This document shows, in pieces, positions 62,040-64,000 of a DNA stretch of 64,000 bases. Numbering within the stretch: position 1 is the stretch's first letter; the number at the start of each line of letters is the position of its first letter. Both the position numbers and the translations under genes were made by a program. This DNA is from Squalus acanthias. Its lineage: Eukaryota. Below the pieces are notes generated by a model. It was given only the letters and a program-made list of their open reading frames with translations. It searched no databases and was not told where the DNA came from. Location of the stretch: positions 101,186,001 to 101,250,000 of the forward strand of contig CM059431.1 of assembly GCA_030390025.1 (NCBI GenBank), written 5' to 3'.

Positions 62040-62874
62040 GGGCTGGATTTTGCCAATGGGGAGCTTTTGGAGGTGGGACTCCCACTTATCGGGTTTCAGT
62101 CCCGCCTCCATCAACTTCTGGCCAACCCACGCTATTTTCCCTTGATCGACCTTGTTAAGCCCGCCGAGCGGGCTTAGCAGACCAATTAAGGGAAAGCCGG
62201 TTACAGAGAACGTTAGCGTATGACGTTTCATCTGTCAAAAATTTTTGACAGATGAATTGTCATCGTTTGACAGCTCTGTGAAGCTGTCAAACACTGACAT
62301 TCTCTGTAGTTTGATGAGTTCTTGAATTCAAGACCTCATCAAACCTCTTTCTTTTGCAGAAATTAGATGGTTGTTGCACTGGAGAATGCAACGGCCATCT
62401 GTCATCTCTGCCGCGGAGGTGCGAGACTCTCCGCATACCCAACTCTTGAAGCCTGCAGGAAGAAACAAAGGTAAGTAAACTTTTTCTAACACTTTCCACT
62501 TACCTCACATACTCACCTCTCCACACTTGCACCCTTCACTTACCTTCACAGCGCACTTTTGCACCCTTCCGACCCCCGCAGACCCACTACTCCGCTCAGT
62601 GACCCTGGCAGGGTTCGAAGCCTTCGGGAAGCCCGCACTTGTGTGGGCAAAATGGGGATAATCCTCTTATCTGCCTGCTAACTACCTGTTAACAGGCAGA
62701 TAAGTGGCACTAATCCCCTTCCCGCCTCCAAGGAGATGGGACCCAGCGCGGGTTGGCTACCCGCCTCCTGGCAAGATGGCACGGAGGCGGGTTGGGGGAA
62801 GGTTGGGCACCCGCCACCAAATTCTGCCATTTTTCCGGCACTCCCGCCTCCCCAGGGCTGGCAAGATCGCGCCC
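62040..62874. mobile_element. Non-autonomous Harbinger element sharing its left TIR with 18730-22962
   Basis: Left end GGGCTGGATTTT is identical to the full-length element's TIR; right end tggcaagatcgcgccc; TSD AAA/AAA; cleanly interrupts a CR1 ORF. Confidence 0.85.
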
Positions 62875-63410
62875 AAAGTATTTGTTTAATTTCTCTGCCA
62901 TTTCCTTATTCCCCATTATAATTTCTCCTGTCTCAGCCTGTAAGGGACCCACATTTACTTTCGCTAATCTTTTCCTTTTTACATACCTATAGAAGCTTTT
63001 ACAGTCTGTTTTTATGTCTCTTGCTAGTTTACTCTCATATTTGATTTTCCCTTTCTTTATCAATTTCTTGGTCCTCCTTTGCTGAATTCTGAAATCCTCC
63101 CAATCCTCAGGCTTACTACTCTTTTTGGCAACATTATAATCCTCTTCCTTTGATCTAATACTATCTTTAACTTCTCGTTAGCCACGCTTGGACCACTTTT
63201 CCTGTGGGGATTTTGTGCCTTAAAGGAATGTATATTTGTTGTAAATTATGTATTAATTCTTTAAATGCTAGCCATTGCTTCTCTACCGTCATACCTTTTA
63301 ATGTAGTTTCCCAATCTACCTTCGCCAACTCGCCCCTCATACCTACGTAGTTTGCTTTGTTTAGATTTAAGATCCTAGTTTCGGATTTAACTTAATCACT
63401 TTCAAACAGT

Positions 63411-64000
63411 GGGCCAGAAATTCGGGTCTCCACGGGTGAGTACACGCTGTGTACTCACCCGTAGGCCCAACGAAAGTGCCGGTTTCGCGCATGCACTGCG
63501 CATGCGCGGGAAACCGGAACTTCCGTTCCCTTGAAGGAAGGGGTTCACAGGTCAAACGCGTGCGCCGGAGAGGCAGCGCATACGCCTGGAACTTCGGCTT
63601 TTTTTTTTTTTACAGGTTTCTCCGTGCGGGTAAGTCCCTGGCAGCTGCGCGGGGAAAAAGCAGGCGCAAGGCCTGCTTTTAACAAGGTAAGTGGTGAATT
63701 AAGTAAAATTAAAACATTTTTTCCACAGGTTTATTATTTTTAAATACTTTAAAGAACGGTAAGTTTATTTTTAGCCCTGTTAAAAACTGTAATTAATTTT
63801 TTCAAAAATTTAATTATTGTTTAAAATAGTTATTTTATGTAATTTATAGTTATTTAAAAAATGTGATTTCAAAAAAAAATTTATTTGAAGTTTTAGTGAG
63901 GTTTTGGGGCCGATCTCTATTCATAGATTTGACAGGTCTTCCTGTCAAATCTATGAATGGAGATTTCCTGCTCCGATTGGCTCTCCATGGCCCACGTGAT
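63411..64000 (+). mobile_element. MITE family A, cut off by the window end
   Basis: Starts gggccagaaattcgg; collinear with 23695-24280. Confidence 0.8.

Larger units (their letters stand above)
57396..63407 (-). mobile_element. Older CR1 LINE, split by a younger CR1 (58011-60930) and a MITE (62040-62874), and bounded by another MITE at 63411
   Basis: Collinear ORF2 pieces 62710-63063, 61698-62039, 61287-61529, 60914-61345 and 57489-57893; 3' tail at 57396-57490. Confidence 0.9.

Noticed and set aside
43640..64000. Upstream UBAC2 exons or the nested GPR18/GPR183 genes
   Set aside because: No 7TM ORF and no recognisable penultimate-exon peptide found by eye; a short exon could have been missed.

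Overview
Eukaryotic, repeat-dominated vertebrate DNA. The repeat complement (HER1-like CR1 LINEs, L2 fragments, SacSINE1/DeuSINE-like SINEs) points to a cartilaginous fish, probably a shark (inference). The only host gene I can support is the last coding exon of UBAC2 (UBA domain, minus strand, 43532-43639), so about 43.6-64 kb is probably its last intron and the left part is 3' UTR plus intergenic DNA. The standout is a complete, very young Ty3/Gypsy LTR retrotransposon (5614-10081, minus strand) with 215-bp LTRs differing at one base, a 5-bp TSD and one intact 1299-aa gag-pol ORF. It has no tRNA primer-binding site. Instead a 13-nt sequence next to the LTR is perfectly complementary to its own LTR (candidate self-priming), and its RT motif is YLDN rather than YxDD. 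The single LTR mismatch turns TATAAA into AATAAA in the 5' LTR. Also present: a full-length two-gene PIF/Harbinger transposon (18730-22962), several non-autonomous Harbinger-, hAT- and pogo-like elements, two Penelope-type minimal hammerhead ribozyme motifs, young and nested CR1 LINEs, and three minisatellites. No CRISPR array, rRNA or tRNA gene was found. All calls were made by eye, without database searches.
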